Of a stretch of 64,000 bases of DNA, positions 1 to 14,598 are shown piece after piece. The translations under genes and the position numbers were made by a program. A model generated the notes under the pieces. It worked only from the letters and a program-made list of their open reading frames with translations, searched no databases and was not told where the DNA came from. Each line of letters starts with the position of its first letter. The first letter of the stretch is position 1. The DNA is from Octopus vulgaris (lineage: Eukaryota): the NCBI GenBank assembly GCA_951406725.2, contig OX597818.1, positions 104,780,001 through 104,844,000 on the forward strand, written 5' to 3'.

Positions 1-2064
1 ATGCCGACACGCTCGTCCCGCAACCCAGTTCCCGTGGAACGCCCCTCAATGTCGCCAGCTTCCGCAGTAGCGGCTCGAGAGTCAATACATGCAGAAGCGC
101 CGACAGGGGACACCCCTGACGGACCGAACGCGTGATGTCAAACGGTTTCGACAGGTGACCGTTCACCCGAATCACCGATCGGATGCCGCTATACAAGGCA
201 GCGATCCAACCGCGGAAGACGGGACCGAATCCAGCCGTCTTGAGGACGGCCGCCAAGTACCGATGGTCGACCTTATCGAAGGCTTTAGACTGATCCAAAT
301 TGATCAGCGCCCCACCCATGTCAGGATCCTTAACTACCCTGTCCACAATGTAGCGCATCAGATGGAGGTTGTCATGTATGGTTCTGCCCGGCACGGCGCA
401 TGTTTGTGCCCTGTCGACCAGTTTACCAATGACAAGCGCCAACCTCTCGGCTATTACTTTGGCCAAAATTTTCAAATCTGCGTCGAGCAGAGTGATGAGC
501 CTGAAATTATCTATAAAATTCCCCTTGTTTGGATCTTTCTTCAGCAACGTCACTGCACCTCGGCTCACGAAGCCGGGGATTCTCCCGTTTTGTTGCCAGT
601 TGCAGTAGACTGATGCCAAGAGGTCGCCAAACAAGTCTGGCATTTGACAATACAGCTCGTAGGGTAAACCATCCAATCCAGGCGACTTGTCCCTCGCGCA
701 GCCCGCCATCGCATCCCGCACTTCAGCGGCCGTGATGGGACTTTCACAACACTCCGCTTCTCTTGCCGAGAGCCGCGGCAGGTCGGTCAGGTAGGCACTG
801 AAATCCATCCCGCTTTCCGACCCACCACTCGCACCAAACAGTCGAGCAAAGTGTTGTTGAAAGGCCTCACACATCCTTTCGGGTTCGCGTAAACTGCATC
901 CCTCTAAATCTATTAGAGACCGAATGGTGGCTCTGTTGCCACTCTGCGCCTCCGCTACCCGGGCCTCTCACGCAGCTTCGATCCCTTCGTTCCTTAAGGC
1001 ACGCATTTTAGCTCTGACGACGCAAACTTCGTGCTTGGCGTTGAGGTGTTGGTCGAGGGCCATCCTCGCAGCCAGCACGTTGGTTGCGCTGCCAGTGGTA
1101 AGTGCCTCTTCTAGTTTCTTAACCATTTCTCCCTCTACTCTATTTCGATCTATCGCTAATTCCTTGCTAAACCTAAATGATTCCGATTTTATTGCCATTT
1201 TCAGGGCGAACCACCAGCGGTTGTTAACGACGGCTCCCACCAGCACCCTCTTAATTAACTCGCTAATCCGGTTCCTGTAAACCTGTCGCGCTAAGTGCGA
1301 CGTGTTCAGTTTCCAGTAACCGGGACCCTGTCTATGTGTCTTATCTAAGTCGAGCGTACACGTCACAAATTTGTGATCTGTGTAGCTGACTATTGTAAAT
1401 TGTGGACATCCTACACTATCCCTATCCGCTGTCCTGCATAGAATTCTATCTAGATAAGATCTCGACGATCCGACGCGGTTTGTCCAAGTTCACGTTGACA
1501 CGTTCGGATGGTCGAGTCGGAACCTGTCAGACAAATGGAAACGTCTGAGTAGGTCTTTGAGGCACTTACACCCCCTTCTATTCCTATCCATTTCCACATA
1601 ATCTAGATGCGTGTCCAAGGTAGCTTTCCAATCCCCTACTAACAGTAAAGGTCTAGACGTACCCAGGAAAACCTCTAGACGTCTGAAGAAATTCGCCCGA
1701 CCCGTTAAGGACGGTGAATAAACTGCCATCAGACGGAATGCACACCCATTTCTGCCATCCACGTCCAAGACAACCAGCCTACCCTCCGGGTCTAGGAATA
1801 TTGTTCTTACTTTTACATTTAGATTCTTTCGAAAAAATAACCGCGGTACCTCCACCACCCATGTTCGGCAGACAGGGAGAAAAATAAAATTTCGAATTGA
1901 TCGCCAAACATGGACGCGAGGGCCCGCGGCTTGCTGAGTCTGGTTTCACTGATAGCTACTATATCCACGTTCAGTGACTTGATGTCGTTCAGAAGGTAAC
2001 CTTGTTTCCAAGCCGACGCCAAGCCACGCGCATTCACACAACCTAATTTAAGCATAATTGACAT
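1..2064 (-). pseudogene. LINE ORF2 (APE endonuclease + reverse transcriptase), disrupted
   Basis: APE motifs: CVNARGL, DIVAISETRL, EGRLVVLDV, LLVGDW, GPGYWKLN. RT motifs read on the minus strand: KSPGLDGLPYELY, NFRLITLLDADLKILAK, LDQSKAFDKVDH, SVRQGCPLS. Frameshift near 1860 and stops near 1490 and 968. Confidence 0.93.
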
Positions 2065-2121
2065 TTAAGAAATTTTTGTTTCACACACTACATTGGAAGA
2101 GATAAGAGGCAAGAGGGAAGG

Positions 2122-4056
2122 TCACTTACTCATTTCGAAAGTTTCAATTTTTTCTTCTTCTTTTGTAGTGTCTTTGAGGAGGTGTTTGAATAGTTTTTTG
2201 GAGTGGTATCTTTGAAACCCCCCTACCACATTTGGAAATATGGTTTTCTGTGTATGGTGTTGTGTTTGTGTTATGTGTACAATTCTTATGTGTTTCGGTG
2301 GTGTGGTGCGCGGATGATTATTTGTTTTAAAGTCATCTTCGCAGATGTTCGTGTTGGATGCAATGTAATCCATTAGTTTTTTTATTGTCTGTGTCTATTG
2401 CTGTTAGTTGTGTGTGTGGTTTTGCGGGGTCATTGATTTTTTGATTGTCTAGGAGGATGCTGTCCGGAGTTAAATATCTCCCTGCTTTACTTACTTGCTT
2501 GGTGGGCTTTTTTGATCTTTTCCTTTTACCCCCTGTGGTTATTTGCCATTCCGTCAAACCTTCGTCGTTGGACGACGAGTCCGACGAATCAGAAGGGGGT
2601 AAAGGCAAAGCATTTGCGTTAATATGTATGTTTGTAGAAATTGTTGATGTTTTGTGCGGTGTTTGTGTTGTTGTGGTGTTAGGGGTAGAATTTGTCTTCT
2701 CGTCACTGTTTTCTGTTTTTTTAGTTGTTGTCCTTAGTGCTGGTGTTGGTCTATCTTTTGGTGTTAGTTCAGTATGTTGAATTGGTTGCGACGTCAACGG
2801 TGATTGTGTTGGTGCTGTTTCTTTTCTTGGTGATGTTGTTGGGGTTTGTTTGCTGGATTGTTGTTTTTCTTTGCATTGTTCCATAATTGATTGTGTTGGT
2901 GTTGGTGTTGGCAACAAAGGTTTTTTATTTGTTTTCTGATTTGTTCTTTCTTGTTTTCTCTGTCCCAGAACGCACTTTGCAATTAAATGTTCTGGGCTGC
3001 CTCAGTTGTAGCATCTTGGCTTTTTGCCTTCTGCTACAACATATAGGCTTTGCCCATTCTCTAAAAGAATCTTATCAGGAAGTTTCTCGATAGAGAACCC
3101 ATCAATCTGGATGCTGACTTCTATCGATTTACCACCCCAATTGTCGTTTTTGTATACGGCAATTTCTAATATGTTTATTGCTTTTAAATGGTAACATATC
3201 GCTTCTGTTATCCATTTGTTAGGTATCTCCGGTGATACACTTTTTATTTTAATGTTACTGACTCTTTGGTTTCTGTAATAAGGAATCATTATTAGTTCAT
3301 CGTTTTGTAAAGTTTCTGTCGAGTGGGCTTTTGCCACTTCCTGGTTAGGGAAGCGGACCACCACTGTATTAAACTGGGGACCCCAGTTTATATATTCTTT
3401 TTTTTTCATGATGTTTTTTGCACACTTTTCTATGTCCGTTTTTGTAATCTGTTCATTTTGTTTTTTGGTTTTTTTTTATAATTTTATATATAATCGTTTT
3501 GTTTTCTATTTGTTCCTTTATGTGTTGAGGTGTATGCAATACTAACTCCTGCCCTTGGGTTGTAAAGAGTGCTCTCGTTTCTATTAACTCTTCATTTGTA
3601 AATTCTATTATTTCTTTTTTTCTGACGCAGGGTGTCAGCGAAGTTTACTGTTATATTCTGGCAGTTGTTGTCGTTGTGTGTTATTGTTGTTGTATCCGAA
3701 ATATTCTTGGACGTGACTTTTTCAGGTGCTGTTGATTCTGTTATGTTAATATCTTCACTATTAGATGATAAAATATTTATTTCATTTTTGTTGTTGTTCT
3801 TGTTGTTCTTGCTGTTAATTGTATTTGCGTTATTTTCATTTTTATCATTTATGTTGGTGGTGGTGGTGGTGGTGGTAGTGGTGACAGGGCTGTTAACGAA
3901 AGTGGTTGCAGCGTTCACTTCCACGTCACTCAGGTTTGTCTTTGTCGAATGTGTGTGCGTGCAGAAGTTCTTTTTTTCTCCTAGCGTTTCAAGGCTAGGA
4001 AAATGCTGATCCATAAAGGAATTTGACCAGCGTTCTACAATAAAATTTCTCGACAT
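2122..4056 (-). pseudogene. LINE ORF1 (Gag-like, CCHC zinc knuckle), disrupted
   Basis: Fragments 4056-3592, 3409-3002, 2917-2333 and 2373-2122. KKPRCYN*GSPEHLIAKC is a CX2CX4HX4C knuckle with the second Cys mutated to TGA. A low-complexity T/P/S tail follows. Confidence 0.8.
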
Positions 4057-4254
4057 TATTTAATGTCGAGAAGAAAAATATACAATTTAATTAGGGCTGA
4101 AACTGCCCCTAGGGGCGAATTCCGCCCTTGGAAAAGCACTCAAACGAAAGTTGGGTGCTTTACACACCTTATTTACAAAAATGTACACAAAATGTGGGCT
4201 ATAAATAGTCAAAATAAACGATTACCTTCGGAGCCGATGTGACAACACGTCAGT

Positions 4255-4590
<336 letters not shown>

Positions 4591-4594
<4 letters not shown>

Positions 4595-5183
4595 TGCCCT
4601 GATGCAGTACCAGGCAGTGGCTCTAAAATGCCCTGATGCAGTACCAGGCAGTGGCTCTCATGGCTTCTGATCTTAACTGATTGGAAGTGTTATCATGTAC
4701 ATTGTTTTGTCTTGGTATAAAAGATGGGCTACAGCAAATATTCTGCTCAATACCACAGATTTGCTTGTCAGTTGTTTGACCATAACCAGTTGAGCATGTC
4801 CCATAGTGGCTGACGATATGTGCATCTCTGATCACGAGCAGAAGTAGTGGGGGAGCATCATAGCCATGTGTTGAGAGGGATTCTTTGGGGTTTGAATAGT
4901 TCACCTCTGGAAACATGGGTGGTTCTTTCAACATCCTCAAACAACCCTTATTCAGGGACCGTTTAAGCGGGATGGGCTACTCAACCTGAAGAAAATTCTA
5001 ACTGGGCCCCACCTGCAAGGTCATGTGCTGTTTATCTTGATATGAGATCACCATGTCGCGCACATATGGTTGTGATGCATGTGCCTGGTGTACCTTTATC
5101 AGACGGGTAGTCATGATGGGTATATTGGGCTTCGTATAGTTTACCCCAGTGTCACTTTGATGGCATGAACTGCTCTCTCACTC

Positions 5184-5184
<1 letters not shown>
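4591..5184 (+). mobile_element. About 600-bp non-coding interspersed repeat embedded in (AAT)n, copy 1
   Basis: Highly similar in reverse complement to 11230-11757. Flanked by (AAT)n on both sides. The first ~35 bp are tandemly duplicated. Confidence 0.8.
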
Positions 5185-5242
<58 letters not shown>

Positions 5243-5560
5243 GGGAGACAAGAAAACTACTTGATCGTGTGTACCTACCTAGAAGGAATGGGAGAAGAGA
5301 AATGATGCAGATAGAACTGTGCTATAAGAGCTCCACAATAGCAAGAACAAGTACTTATCCAGTACAGAGGACTGGACGCTGCGACTTGTGTGAAAACACG
5401 AAAGCAGAAAAAAGTAACATTGTATTGTCAAGGGAACTTGGCATTAAGCCTGAAATATTTGAAGAACCTGAAACCACTGCCACAAAACAAGCAAAATGGA
5501 TCAACCAGGATGCAAAAACGAACGGACAGAAACAAATTGAGGAGCGACGGAACCAGAAGT
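5243..5560 (+). pseudogene. R4/Dong-like (RLE-type) LINE fragment, post-RT region
   Basis: LDRVYLPRRNGRREMMQIE resembles the D-RLYLPR-GGRGL motif of R4/Dong ORFs. It follows (AAT)n. Confidence 0.6.
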
Positions 5561-5585
5561 GAGAAAATCTCGGGAAAGTGAGGAA

Positions 5586-5628
5586 GTCTTTTACGTTTCG
5601 AGCCTACGCTCTTTCTTCAACAGAAAGG
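5586..5628 (-). ncRNA. Degenerate minimal hammerhead-like motif (PLE-type relic)
   Basis: Minus strand reads cttt-CTGTTGA-agaaa-gagc(gtag)gctc-GAA-acgt-a-aaag. The core is non-canonical. A related copy lies at 49424. Confidence 0.4.
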
Positions 5629-5772
5629 AATAAGAGAAGATAAAGAGAGAAAGAATTTTAAAATATGTGGATTTAGTGATGAAGCATGGCGACTGGTTGG
5701 GAAAAAAATGGTTTGACAGGAGCGGTAGACAGAAGGAATCGAAGGTGCGTTTTGCCTGTGTGAATTTGAGAA

Positions 5773-5831
<59 letters not shown>

Positions 5832-6058
5832 CTGTAATGTGTGTATGTGGATGATGGGATGTGGGTGTACGGTTGATGGTGTGTGGTGTAGGTGCTGGGA
5901 CGTGATCAGTGCTAGTGTGTGTGAAGTGATATTGGCTGGTGTGATGTGGTGTGGTGTTGTGTTGTGTGGTGTGGAGGTACGGAGATGTGTGGGTAGGGTG
6001 TGGGAGGGTTAGGTGTGGGCTTATTGGGTGGTTATATATATATACATATGTATATATA

Positions 6059-6452
6059 GGCGCAGGAGTGGCTGTGTGGAAAGTAGCTTGCTTACCAACC
6101 GCATGGTTCCTGGTTCATTCTGACTGCGTGGCACCTTGAGCAAGTGTCTTCTACTATAGCCTCAGGCCGACCAAAGACTTGTGAGGGAACTTCGTAGACG
6201 GAAACTGAAAGAAGCCCGTCGTATATATGTTTATATGTATGTGTGTGTATTTGTTTGTGTGTCTTTGTTTGTCACCCAGCATCGCTTGACAACCGATGGT
6301 AGTGTGTTTACGTCCCCGTAACTTAGCAGTTCGCCAAAGAGACGGATAGAATAAGTACTAGGCTTCCAAAGAATAAGTCCTGGGGTCGATTTGCTCGACT
6401 GAAGGCGGTGCTACAGCATGGCCGCAGTCAAATGACTGAAGCAAGTAAAAGG
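6059..6452 (+). mobile_element. SINE family A (tRNA-like head, internal (TA)n/(TG)n, tail ...gaaacaagtaaaagag)
   Basis: Head ggcgcaggagtggctgtgtgg with A/B-box-like segments. About 15 copies in the window. Confidence 0.9.
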
Positions 6453-6453
6453 G

Positions 6454-6535
<82 letters not shown>

Positions 6536-6893
6536 TGTGTGTGTGTATGCCTGTATAATAATTTGTTCGTCTATTTTCTTGCGCCAGTATAGTCACCATT
6601 ATGTCCATTTTCAAATGCTACTTAATTTTGGGATCCCCAATTATTTCCTGGAAGCCTGCGAGAAATGATGACTTTATGCAGCTCTTAGAACTCCTGTGAT
6701 TGCATCTAATTACTCATTAAATCCCTCTTGAATTAACGATTATCAACCAATAAAGATTGATAGTCTTTCTCTTTCTTGGATCTCTTCCCGATTGATCCTG
6801 TTGCATGGGTTAACAAGTGCCCATTATCACAACCTAAACGCATAGGTGCTCTTATTGTTGTTGTTGTTGTTGTTGTTACTATTGAAGTCGTTA

Positions 6894-6938
<45 letters not shown>

Positions 6939-7169
6939 GTTTAGCTCAAGACGAACTGTGAATGAGATGAGCTACGACCAAAGTGATTCAATCTCGACCA
7001 TATCACAATCTGTTCAGACATTGTACATCGTGGACTATAGTATTTCAATGTTGCTTTTCCTATTTTTCTAAGAGGTTAGGGTAATTATGTGAGGGAGATT
7101 TGGCTGTTATTTCTCACATGCTGAATGATCACTTAGAATCACGCTACGTGGTTCGACATAGTGCCAAAC

Positions 7170-7453
7170 ATCGACCTGTGGGAAAGGGCCAACCAGGAGC
7201 CCATACATGTTCAGATTAGACGAAGGAAATAGAGATGGATCGGACACACACTGCGGAAAGAACCCTCAAATGTGATACAACAAGCACTTGACTGGAATCC
7301 GCAGGGGTAAAGGAAGCGAGGACGCCCGAACCAGACATGGAAGCGGTGCATTTTGGACGAGCTCAGGACCGCCGGCCTGACATGGGAAGCAGCCAAGAAA
7401 CTGTTGAGGCCCTATGCTCCATAAGTGGCAAAAAGTATTAAGAAGAAGAAGAA
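7170..7453 (+). pseudogene. RTE-type LINE 3' fragment
   Basis: Translates as DLWERANQEPIHVQIRRRK*RWIGHTLRK...ALDWNPQG*RKRGRPNQTW, a typical RTE C-terminus. Ends in an (AAG)n tail. Confidence 0.85.
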
Positions 7454-7917
7454 CTCTTTGAACATACGACGCGAGTACGCTTTTGTGGGCGCAATTTTGT
7501 TTGAATATATCCCTGGAAGAAGGAGAATCTGCCATCCACATAGGTTTTGTTCCACGGCTGAAAATCCCATTCTGCTTATTAGTGAACCGTAAATATTAAA
7601 CCATGGGGCCGCACACTTTTGCGTCTTTCAAAAGTTTAGTGAAAGATAATTAATTAAAGCATAATGTGTTTGGAGAAAAGGACACGTTAGATAATGTGAT
7701 CGTCAGTTATCTGCGTAATCGAAAAACGGGATGGTTACGGTTGAAACGTCTTTAACCATAAGTCGTTCTACGTCTGCATGCACACATACGCACACGTACA
7801 CACGCATGCGCGCGCACATACACACACAGAAACACACACACATCGAAGAATAAAATGCAGCAGTGTATAAGGTGGAAGAGTAAGTGGAAAGAAGAATTCA
7901 GAGGAACACCAAATTGA

Positions 7918-8400
<483 letters not shown>

Positions 8401-8744
8401 CGGGAGAGAGTAAATTCGAGGTGCAACTCTGAACACAAACAACGCAAACACTTGTATGTCTTCTTTGAAATTCGAAAAAATCATATTGAATATCAGTGAC
8501 AAAGAGAGAATTTAATTATACCCCGATACCCTTTAGGTATCAGCCTACAGTTCCTTGTTGTAAACCCAATTATAACTAGAATTTCCTTTTTATTTCATTT
8601 ATATATATTTTTTTCTGTCTTTACCAAAATGAGATAAACAAATTAAGTATTACAACTTCACAACTTCATTAGTGGTTGGTGTGGGTTCGGTGGGGGTTTA
8701 GCGACTAGGGAGGGGCGAGTAACAGCAGCACCTAAGCCTCTGTT

Positions 8745-9284
8745 GAAGTAGTAGCAGTAGTAGTAGTTGTTGTTGTAGATAGTTGCAGTAGTAGTAGTAG
8801 TAGTAGTAGTAGTAGTCAACTGATATTGGGCGCGGTTAGTAGAGTGATGTTACTTTGTTGCTGCTGCTATTGTTGTTGTTGATGGTGGTGGTGGTGATGG
8901 TGGTCGTCGTGGTCGTCGTGGTCGTCGTGGTGGTCGTCGTGGTCGTAGTGGTCGTCGTCGTCGTGGCGGTGACGGTTCTGGTGATGGTGTTGGTGATGGC
9001 GGCGGCTGCGGTTGCGGCGAAGAGGATTGTGCTGGTGGTGTTTGTGGCACAGGTGATTGATTTTAGTGGTGGTGGTGGTGGTGGTGGTGGAGGTTGTGGC
9101 CCCTACTGCTGCTGCTGCTGCTACTGCTGCTGTCGCTGCTGCTGTTAGGCTTGTGTTGGTACAGACGATTTTAATGAATGATTTTTGAAAATGGTTCTGA
9201 TTGTTGTGGTGATAATCTTAGTGATGGTCATGGTGATGGTAGCGATGATCGTCATGGTAGCGGTGGTAATGGTGGTGTTTATGT

Positions 9285-9331
<47 letters not shown>

Positions 9332-9335
9332 AGGA
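8745..9335. repeat. Mixed trinucleotide low-complexity tract (GTA/GGT/GTC/GCT)
   Basis: Directly visible. Confidence 0.9.
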
Positions 9336-9704
9336 TTGTAGTCACAATATTGGTAAACAATATGTGGTTTTTGTGGGGTCCGGGATCGGCAAACTGAAGG
9401 GCCGCCCTGGAGGGTACACACTTCATCTACACTAGTGATTGCACGCGAGACAGCGGCATTTCATCCGTGTTTAACTTCTGGGTTGAAATTCCGCAGAAGT
9501 CGACTTTACTCATCATCCTTCGTGGTCGATAAAATAAGTACCAGTTGTTGAACGCTGAAGGTTCATGTCGTCGACTTTTTCCTCCCACGAAGTCACAGCT
9601 TAACATCTTAACTCCTAGTTCTTAACCCCTAATTCTTAACCCCTAGTTCACGCCGTTTATAACATATATTTCTGGTGTGCTCGCTCATGCGTGGGAAAAA
9701 GAAC

Positions 9705-9890
9705 CGCGATGAAAGTGTGGTCGTCATGCTGGAGCACCACTTTGAACAATTTTAGTCGTAGAAATCGACCCCGGGACTTATTTCTTAATCCTGGTACTTA
9801 TTTATTGGTCTCTTTTGCCGAACGGCTAAGTTAAGGGGACGTAAACACATCAACACCGGCTGTCAAGTGGCGATGAATAGACAATTATAG
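9705..9890 (-). mobile_element. SINE family A, diverged 3' fragment
   Basis: Contains catgctggagcacc ... tcttttgccgaacggctaagttaaggggacgtaaacac. Confidence 0.75.
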
Positions 9891-10436
9891 ATGCAAACAC
9901 ATGCGCACACACACACACACATACACACACAAACACACACACACACACACACACACATAATTGTTAAAAATTTTCTTACCTTTGTAAGGTATTTCTTTCA
10001 TGCTGGCCACTTGATAATTTCGACACTTAAATATCGATATTATCCTCATATATAAATTTATATAATTCGTTATTATATTCACTGCGGTGCTTATTTTAAC
10101 CATATCGTACTTATGCGGTGATTTGGCGGGCGATTCAAACTGGCTGTGTCCATACGTGCATATGTATGTATGTGCGACGCTCGTATATGTAAGTATATCG
10201 TTTGCTGTGCATATATGTATCTGTATTTATGTACCCTTGATATATTCAATTGATGACGGTAAAGCTTATCTAAAGCAGAACCAGAAATCCTTGGATCTTG
10301 AATTATTCAATAATTTTTGCTTGTATGTTTTGTCCCTCCGCTTTACCTCATGGTGCGATATGAACATTTAACGTGGTTTTATAGTCAGAATTTCGACTGC
10401 TATTTTGGCATGTTGGTGTCTTTTAGACACCCTCAT

Positions 10437-10493
<57 letters not shown>

Positions 10494-11101
10494 TACATGT
10501 AGAAAGTTTTATATGTAACTACATATATATATATACATACATAGATACATATGCACACACACATACATACATACATACATACATACATACATACATACAT
10601 ACATACATACATACATACATACATACATACGTACATACATACATACATACATACATACATACATACGTACGTACAGTGAAGGAAAGAGTGAGGGATTGAT
10701 TGCGAAGCTGGTATGGCAAAGCGACCCGATCAAGCTGCAGTTATTAAGAACATTACCGAAGACCTCCAGTTATCTAAAGTATCGTTTCACCAATAATTGT
10801 AATTAACTCACCATTTTGTATATGGCAGGATTAATTTAAACATATTTTAATGTATGCCTTTTATTCGTCAGAGTGCCTCTAGATGATAATTATAGTTATC
10901 TTCCTCTATACGTAGGTGAAACCATTCCTTCTAATTGTTCCGAAATGGATTTTATAGAAAGAGAGAGATCATTCAGTGCGGTCAAAAAGAACTCCGTTTG
11001 TTTTCGCGTATATGATCCCACTGATGCGAAACTTCTCGAAACTGCCATAATAATAATAATAATAACAACAGCAATAATAATAATAATTATTTATATTATT
11101 A

Positions 11102-11162
<61 letters not shown>

Positions 11163-11182
11163 CATTGTTATTGTTATCGTTA

Positions 11183-11228
<46 letters not shown>

Positions 11229-11229
11229 G

Positions 11230-11755
11230 ATTGAGTGAGAGAGCAGTGCATACCATCAAAGTGACACGGGTAAAATATACGAAGCCCAGTGTACCCATCA
11301 TGACTACCCGTCTGATAAGGGTACACTAGGCACATGCATCACAACCATATGTGCCCGACATGGTGATCTCATATGAAGATTAACAGTATATGACATTGCA
11401 GGTGCTGGCCAAGCTAGAATTTTTTCTTCTGGTCGAGTAGCCCATCCCGCTCAAAAGGTCCCTGAATAAGGATTGTTTAAGGATGTTGAACAAAACACAC
11501 ATGTTTCCAAAGGTGAATTATCCAACCTCTAAGAATTCTTTTCAACACACAGCTATGATGCTCCCCCACTACTTCTGCTTGTGATCAGAGATGCACATAT
11601 CATTAGCCACTAAGGGACGTGCTCAACTGGTTATGGTCAAACAACTGACAAGCAAATCTGTGGTATTGAGCAGAATATTTGCTGTCGCCCATCTTTTATA
11701 CCAAGACAGAACAATGTACATGATAACACTGCCAATCAGTTAAGATCAGGAGCCA

Positions 11756-11757
<2 letters not shown>
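11230..11757 (-). mobile_element. (AAT)n-embedded non-coding repeat, copy 2
   Basis: Reverse complement of about 4657-5184. (ATT)n on both sides. Confidence 0.8.
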
Positions 11758-11809
<52 letters not shown>

Positions 11810-11844
11810 CATCATCATTATTATTATCATCATTATTATTATCA

Positions 11845-11912
<68 letters not shown>

Positions 11913-12350
11913 ATCAGGCTTGTGTAAGATGGAAGATTGCAAAGATAAAGCACTGTACAAGGACTTAAGAGAAAATGAAACTTAAAATAGGTGTATAAAG
12001 AAAAGAATGCATGGACAATTTCATAGGGATGTTGAAGATGAAACAGACAGAAAAAAAAGATGGCTATGGATGACTAAAAGTGATTCAAAACCGGAAACGG
12101 GGGCTGTAATCTGTGCTGCTCAAGAGCAAGTGCTAAGAACGAATTACATCGAATAGAGAATAGACAACACATCAGAAAGTGATAAGTGCAGAATTTGTGG
12201 ACACAATGGTGGACCCGTATGGCATATTACCAGTCAATGTACTACACTAGCCCAGAAAGAATAGAAGAGACGTTATAACAATATAGCAAAGTTTGTCCAT
12301 TGGACACTTTGCAACAAGTATAGACTTGACAGCAAAAAAATGGTTCGTCA
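11913..12350 (+). pseudogene. R4/Dong-like LINE fragment with CCHC zinc finger
   Basis: Translates as KRMHGQFHRDV...KPETGAVICAAQEQVLRTNY...DKCRICG...VWHITSQCTPLAQKE*KRRYNNIAKFVHWTLC. Confidence 0.85.
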
Positions 12351-13259
12351 ATACAAATGATAATAATAATAATGGTTTCGAATTTTCGCACAAGACCGCG
12401 CATATCGTGGTAGGGTGTAAGTCGATTATATCGACCCCAGTGCTCAACTGGTACTTATTTATCGACCCCGAAGAGATGAAAGGGAAAGCTGAACTCGGAA
12501 GAATTTGAATTCAGAACATAAAGACGGACGAAATGCCGCTAAGCATTTTGTGAGGCATGCTAACTAATATATTGTATATACAGTTGTGATGTCATTTCTT
12601 TGAGTTAGAAAAAATTGTTTCATCTGTCTCATTTGAAGGCGCGTGGATTAGTGGATAGGGTGTTGCATTCACGATCTAGCGATCGTGGGTTCGGTTCCTG
12701 AACTGGGCGGTGTTTTGTTTTCTTGAGCAAAACACTTCGTTTCATGTTGCTCTATTCAAAGAATAAACCCAGCGTTTCTTCTGCGTGTTATATGAGGCGA
12801 CTAAAAGGTTGAAGTGAGACTTGACCTCCAACCACGTAAACCCTCACCAGCAATGATCACCCAAACAGACCCATGGTTTGGAGAGTTGTCAACTGAGTGG
12901 CGCAAAGGTGTCATCTACCAGGTACAGCAGAAACTCACCAACAAATGATGGATGCATGGACGCGCTGTGAGAGCGCATGTCTCGATGCTTCAACTATCGT
13001 TTGAACTTGTTTGTGTCGCTCTGTTTCTTATGCTTTTTGACATATGAGTGACTTTTGTAGCTGTGTTGCAGTAAATTCTTAGTATTTTTTTCGTACCCCT
13101 TGCTGGTGACCTTCGTTCCTGTTACAGTATTTTTAGAGGAAGGTTCTACGTTCATGCAGTTGAACAGAAATATAAGTAGCAGTCTTTCAATATTATGTCT
13201 GTGTTGTTGAGTGAGACGGTTAATCGTATTCAAAAATCTAACAGAATTAACAATCATTC

Positions 13260-13303
<44 letters not shown>

Positions 13304-13307
<4 letters not shown>

Positions 13308-13418
13308 CTACGTCTCGTCCCTTGAAAGGAAAATCATGTAAAAATAAGCCCCAGGTTTTATATAAAACCAGGCTGCGGAGTAATATAGCATTGTCGAGTG
13401 TTGTAGAGTGAATTCAGT

Positions 13419-13491
<73 letters not shown>

Positions 13492-13620
13492 CATAGCTAC
13501 GTCTCGTCCCTTAAAAAGAAAATCATGTAAAAATAAGCCCCAGGTTTTATATAAAACCAGGCTGCAGTGTGGAGTAATATAACATTGTCGAGTGTTGTAG
13601 AGTGAATTCAGTAGTTTCCA
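13304..13620. repeat. Local tandem duplication of a ~120-bp unit separated by (CA)n
   Basis: atagctacgtctcgtccctt...gaattcagtagtttc occurs at about 13304-13424 and 13493-13618. Confidence 0.9.
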
Positions 13621-14509
13621 CACACACACACATGAGCTCTTAGCGGATGCTCTTTCCTTTCTTTATTACACCGTCTAGTCGCCAATGCTTTCCATATTGC
13701 AGTATTTTCGTTTTAACCATTTGGTTTGTTTATCTCGAAGGAGTTTAATTTTCCTGTCTGACACCAAAGTTGAGATTTACATGTTCTCAGTTTATGCAGT
13801 AATTCTTGGCGTACCATTGATTATGGTATTTATGTTGTTTGGGAATTGCGGATTCTGATTTGACTCAAAATGGCATCTAGTTATATTGATTCTATATAAA
13901 AATAAGAAAAATAAAAAAGCAGTTTTTCTAGTCTTACTCTAAAACAATTTTGAGGTTATAATCCTGAGTAAGAGAGAACATGAAGCTATAATAACTGAGA
14001 GATTACGATTACAAACTAGTTGTATATCAGGAAATGCAGTGTAGTGAAAACCACGCATACTTTCTCTAGAAACACTGCTTATGTATCGGTCGATAATCAT
14101 AATATATCATCTGGGGTGCAAATTTGACATTTACTGTTCGAGGGATGCTAAAAATATTTCATGTATAGAATTAATTAACCTGTGTGCTGTTACGTAATTT
14201 CCTTCGAATATTAATTGCTAAATCAACACCATCACAAAATGTAATCTAAATATTGGTTGATTCATAAATAGTGTGACGGAGAGTTCATTTATGGTTCCAA
14301 CCGCACTGGAGATAATGAAATCGCAATCGTTTGTGTGTTAGAACCACGTGTCTTTGGATTATCGCCCTAAACTAGCTAAAACTGTTTAGTCTCCCAGATC
14401 AGACTTGATCGAACAATTCTATACTCAAAAGGATCCCAGCAATAATCATCCCATTTTTTCCAGCCTTGTATATATATTATTTTCTTTTTTTACAAAAAAA
14501 CGCTTTGTG

Positions 14510-14598
<89 letters not shown>

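Larger units (their letters stand above)
1..4254 (-). mobile_element. L1/Tx1-clade non-LTR retrotransposon, decayed (5'UTR, ORF1, ORF2); runs off the left edge of the window
   Basis: Minus-strand order is ORF1 with a zinc knuckle, then APE endonuclease, then RT. The 5' end directly abuts a (GATA)n run at about 4255. There are multiple stops and frameshifts. Confidence 0.93.

Noticed and set aside
89-1280. Plus-strand ORFs 89-613 and 924-1280
   Set aside because: They are antisense shadows of LINE ORF2.
8850-9050. Pro/Arg-rich extensin-like ORF
   Set aside because: It is a trinucleotide low-complexity tract with no supported splice context.
9600-9650. Telomere-like ttaacccctaa repeats
   Set aside because: There are only three 14-bp units, which is not a TTAGGG array.
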